64,000 nucleotides of DNA from IMG/VR virus record IMGVR_UViG_3300027797_000011; one strand, written 5' to 3'. The notes under the pieces are model-generated. The model was not told where the DNA came from. It did no database searches and worked only from the letters and a program-made list of their open reading frames with translations. Numbering within the stretch: the stretch's first letter is position 1; the number at the start of each line of letters is the position of its first letter. The stretch is from a virus. Its lineage: Duplodnaviria; Heunggongvirae; Uroviricota; Caudoviricetes. A program made the position numbers and the translations under genes. This document shows, piece by piece, positions 61,270-64,000 of this stretch.

Positions 61270-64000
61270 TTATTTATTTTCTAGAAGTCTGATTAAGTCT
61301 GACATCTTGTTCTCAATATCTTCGCTAACTTTGACGCAATTATTAACACGAGTACCACCCTTCATCTTAGTACCTTGCTTGCGATAGCCCTTCCAACACT
61401 TAGGATCTAGACGTTGATCTTCGGATTGTATACTTTCTGCAGAACCAACTAGATCACCTGCTCGAGCATGTTTAGCAGTTGCTTTTAATTGCCCAGCTGT
61501 ACCTAGTTTATTCTTTTTACTTCCTGCAAAGTTACTTGCAGGCATCATTGCTTCTACTTTAGGTTTAATTTCTTTAGTATTGGGTACTTCGTGGTCGCCT
61601 ACTTTTGCTTTCTTGTAGACTTTCTCACCGGTGCTTGGGCTAATGTAGTACTCACCTTTCTTGTCTTGTCCGATGCTTCTTACTTTGTATTTGGCACCGC
61701 TAGAACCTTCCGCCACACCTTGCTTACCCAATAAAGATTGCACCCATGGAATGAATGTGTTGATGATCCAGTCATTGTGCTGTTTGCTTTTGTCCAGTGT
61801 GCTAGAGTCTGCCGCACGACCATTTATTGTCACAGGCTTGATGTTGTTCACAGCATCTGTGATTTTCTTCTGCACAGCTGGATCAGCATCCTTGATCACT
61901 GTTTGTAAGCGGCCGGAGGCTTCTTGCTGCCTGCCTTGCATGGCCAATAAAGCTACTCGTTGTAGGTTAGCATACACAGGATCACCTAGGTTGTTGAACA
62001 TTTTGTTGATACCTGCCGCAGGGTTGTTTTCCGCCACACCCTTTTTAGCAAAGCGAGAATTTTGGAAACTACCTTCAATATACCATTCCATGTCGTCATC
62101 ATTTACTTTACAGTTTAATACTTGAACATTATAGCCTTGATCATCTAACCAGGCCTGTGCTTGTTGGATCATTTGTTGTTTGGGAATATCACCGCTTACA
62201 TCTAAATCGTTGTACCATCCATCACCGACAATATCAGTTAGTTGATCGTCTGTGTACCAGCGTCCTGATTCTCCGCCTCCAGGACCTGGTGCAAATTCTT
62301 TTAGATTGCCTTCCGCCACACCTTTCTTGGGGCGATTTTTTTCTACCCACTGCGCCACTTGTGTTTTTAGTTCTGACGGAACTGTCTCTTCTTTGCTGTT
62401 TACAAAATCTACTACGTCTACACTTCTATTACCCCAAGGGCCGGCTTGCCCTACATACTGAGGAGATACAATACTTTGTGCATTTCGACTTCTTGTGTCA
62501 TTAGGATCAGATCCTTTTGCTAATGTTTTATCAAGTCCTAATGATCTAGCGGTATTGGTAGAAACCCATGACATTGATGTAAAGTTCACCTGGTCATTTG
62601 CTTTGTGTCCGCCGCCAAAAATAGTTTCACTTCCTCGATAATCTGCTTTAATATAATTACCGTCACCCATCTTAAAATAAACAGTACGAGGAGCAAACAT
62701 ATCTAATTCATTTAAGTTGTCTTCCGCTACACCCTGACCCGGTTGAATTTGTCTAGTCTTAACACCAGGCATACCGCCTAATGTTGCTAATTTTTTAATC
62801 CAGCCTTCGGCACTAGTATCCTGGAGAGATATAACCACAGTACCATTAGGATCAATGGAATCTATCCCGGAAAGTTTATCACTGGCATATCCTCTAGGAT
62901 CAAAATAATGCCCAGGTACTGTACCAACTTTATTGGATCGATCTAACCGAGTTTTATATTCGGCATCACCTTTTTGTTTGTGTACTTCTAAACCTTTAGT
63001 AATTGCGGCACGGACCTGTTGTTGTTGAGGAGTTTCTTGGTCTTCATCAGATCTTGTATATACTCGTTGTATCTTTTCTCCACCGTCGCCCCTCTCCGTT
63101 TTTTCAGGCTTGCTAGGTTTGTCTTTTTCAAAATACTTACGCATGTCTGCCGAACTTGTAGTAGATTTCTTTTCAATAGAGTGTTTAGGTGTTGCTAAAA
63201 ATCCCATGATACTTTCATCTTTTGTCTCGTCTGGTTTTTTATTTTTATTAGCAACATCTTGCTTGATCTGATTCATATACTCTTCGCCACGCTTGCGACT
63301 TGCAGTGCTCTTAGCTTGCTCACGTTCCCAAGCACGTTGTAGTTTAACTGCCGCACTCATTCGAGCAGATTCAATTAAACTTTCTGCCATTGGTGCTTTA
63401 ACTCCGCGCTTTTGTAATTCTGCTTGCAATGCTTGTAATTTATTGGGACTACGTGCAATAGCATTACGAATATCTCCTGCTACTTTGCTAGGGAGATTTT
63501 TTAGAATATCGTTTACAATTTGATCTGCTTGAACATTTTGTTTACCAAAAGTATTGTCTTTTGGTGCTTTAGGTTCTTCATATCCATCATCGTCATCTGT
63601 ATCAACTTCTGCTTCAATTTGTGCTAGATAGTTTTCGTAATCTTGCTGACGTTTATTCCAGTTGGCACCAAATGATGATAGTTCTTTATTTCCCATCCTT
63701 GTACCAATTTGTTGTAGTATAGACGGTAGGCTTGAACTAATTTCTCTAAAGTTAATATGTCTTTCTCTATCTTCACTAGCATCTTTTAAGAAGGCCAATA
63801 ACGGAGGCGCATATTTTGAAGCCTGTTTGGTTAGATCATATAGATCTCCCTGCATTTTATTCCAATAGAAATTGTTAAACCACTGTGCGCTTTGACCCGC
63901 GGCGTTGCGATGATACCCTTTTAGACTACCATTGTTATCAACCCAACGCTTGGCCATTGCTTTTAATTTTTCATATAATTGTGCAATTGATTCACCATTA
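61270..64000 (-). CDS. Modular Glu-delimited polyprotein-like protein (probable internal head protein); 5' end lies outside the window
   Basis: The frame stays open from 63957 to the window edge (NGESIAQLYEKLKA-MAK). Unrelated 30-140-aa modules are separated by GVAE(G/D/N), MAES/LIES and SED. Confidence 0.75.
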   Translation of the reverse strand, partial: NGESIAQLYEKLKAMAKRWVDNNGSLKGYHRNAAGQSAQWFNNFYWNKMQGDLYDLTKQASKYAPPLLAFLKDASEDRERHINFREISSSLPSILQQIGTRMGNKELSSFGANWNKRQQDYENYLAQIEAEVDTDDDDGYEEPKAPKDNTFGKQNVQADQIVNDILKNLPSKVAGDIRNAIARSPNKLQALQAELQKRGVKAPMAESLIESARMSAAVKLQRAWEREQAKSTASRKRGEEYMNQIKQDVANKNKKPDETKDESIMGFLATPKHSIEKKSTTSSADMRKYFEKDKPSKPEKTERGDGGEKIQRVYTRSDEDQETPQQQQVRAAITKGLEVHKQKGDAEYKTRLDRSNKVGTVPGHYFDPRGYASDKLSGIDSIDPNGTVVISLQDTSAEGWIKKLATLGGMPGVKTRQIQPGQGVAEDNLNELDMFAPRTVYFKMGDGNYIKADYRGSETIFGGGHKANDQVNFTSMSWVSTNTARSLGLDKTLAKGSDPNDTRSRNAQSIVSPQYVGQAGPWGNRSVDVVDFVNSKEETVPSELKTQVAQWVEKNRPKKGVAEGNLKEFAPGPGGGESGRWYTDDQLTDIVGDGWYNDLDVSGDIPKQQMIQQAQAWLDDQGYNVQVLNCKVNDDDMEWYIEGSFQNSRFAKKGVAENNPAAGINKMFNNLGDPVYANLQRVALLAMQGRQQEASGRLQTVIKDADPAVQKKITDAVNNIKPVTINGRAADSSTLDKSKQHNDWIINTFIPWVQSLLGKQGVAEGSSGAKYKVRSIGQDKKGEYYISPSTGEKVYKKAKVGDHEVPNTKEIKPKVEAMMPASNFAGSKKNKLGTAGQLKATAKHARAGDLVGSAESIQSEDQRLDPKCWKGYRKQGTKMKGGTRVNNCVKVSEDIENKMSDLIRLLENK
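61271..61277 (-). promoter_or_regulatory. Late promoter core ATAAATA upstream of dps
   Basis: Plus-strand tatttat at the end of the upstream gene. Confidence 0.45.
61708..62733 (-). repeat. Four dispersed 12-bp direct repeats GGTGTGGCGGAA (GVAE codons)
   Basis: Exact copies at 61708-61719, 62029-62040 and 62311-62322; a one-mismatch copy GGTGTAGCGGAA at 62722-62733. Spacings of 321, 282 and 411 nt are all in frame. Confidence 0.9.

Noticed and set aside
61708-62733. CRISPR array
   Set aside because: The repeats are only 12 bp with 270-400-nt coding spacers, are non-palindromic, and no cas genes are present.
1-64000. tRNA, rRNA, IS or integrase genes
   Set aside because: No cloverleaf with a T-loop GTTCRA and CCA end, no rRNA-like tract, and no transposase or recombinase motifs were recognised by eye. 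tRNAscan-SE or ARAGORN would confirm.

Overview
The window is a 64-kb segment of a large AT-rich T4-superfamily (jumbo-type) myovirus, of the kind common in freshwater metagenomes. It uses the standard genetic code. Minus strand 1-6.2 kb: a putative internal head protein, a ~430-nt structured non-coding region, a GIY-YIG nuclease, two small basic DNA-binding proteins, gp46/gp47 and the gp55 late sigma factor, which carries an in-frame TGA. Plus strand 6.3-37.7 kb: a late baseplate/tail module with gp48/54-like, gp53, hub, gp5, gp25, gp6, a 4254-aa wedge protein, a collagen-like fibre, an S8 protease and four paralogous fibre proteins. Minus strand 37.7-64 kb: thyA, a MoxR ATPase/VWA pair, RNase H, a 7-deazaguanine DNA-modification cluster (queE, folE, QueD/DpdL-like, dpdA) with an embedded glycosyltransferase and UDP-sugar dehydrogenase, a Bax-inhibitor-1 protein, gp45, gp43, dsbA, dps and a run of putative capsid-packaged proteins. 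The best leads are four. (1) A modular polyprotein whose modules are joined by a nucleotide-identical 12-mer, GGTGTGGCGGAA (GVAE), suggesting cassette shuffling plus protease processing. (2) A candidate large ncRNA directly downstream of the GIY-YIG gene. (3) A possible glycosylated-deazaguanine pathway. (4) Tandem hairpins with identical 8-nt loops in the DNA polymerase leader. All calls come from motif recognition by eye; no searches or folding programs were run. No tRNA, rRNA, CRISPR array or IS element was seen.
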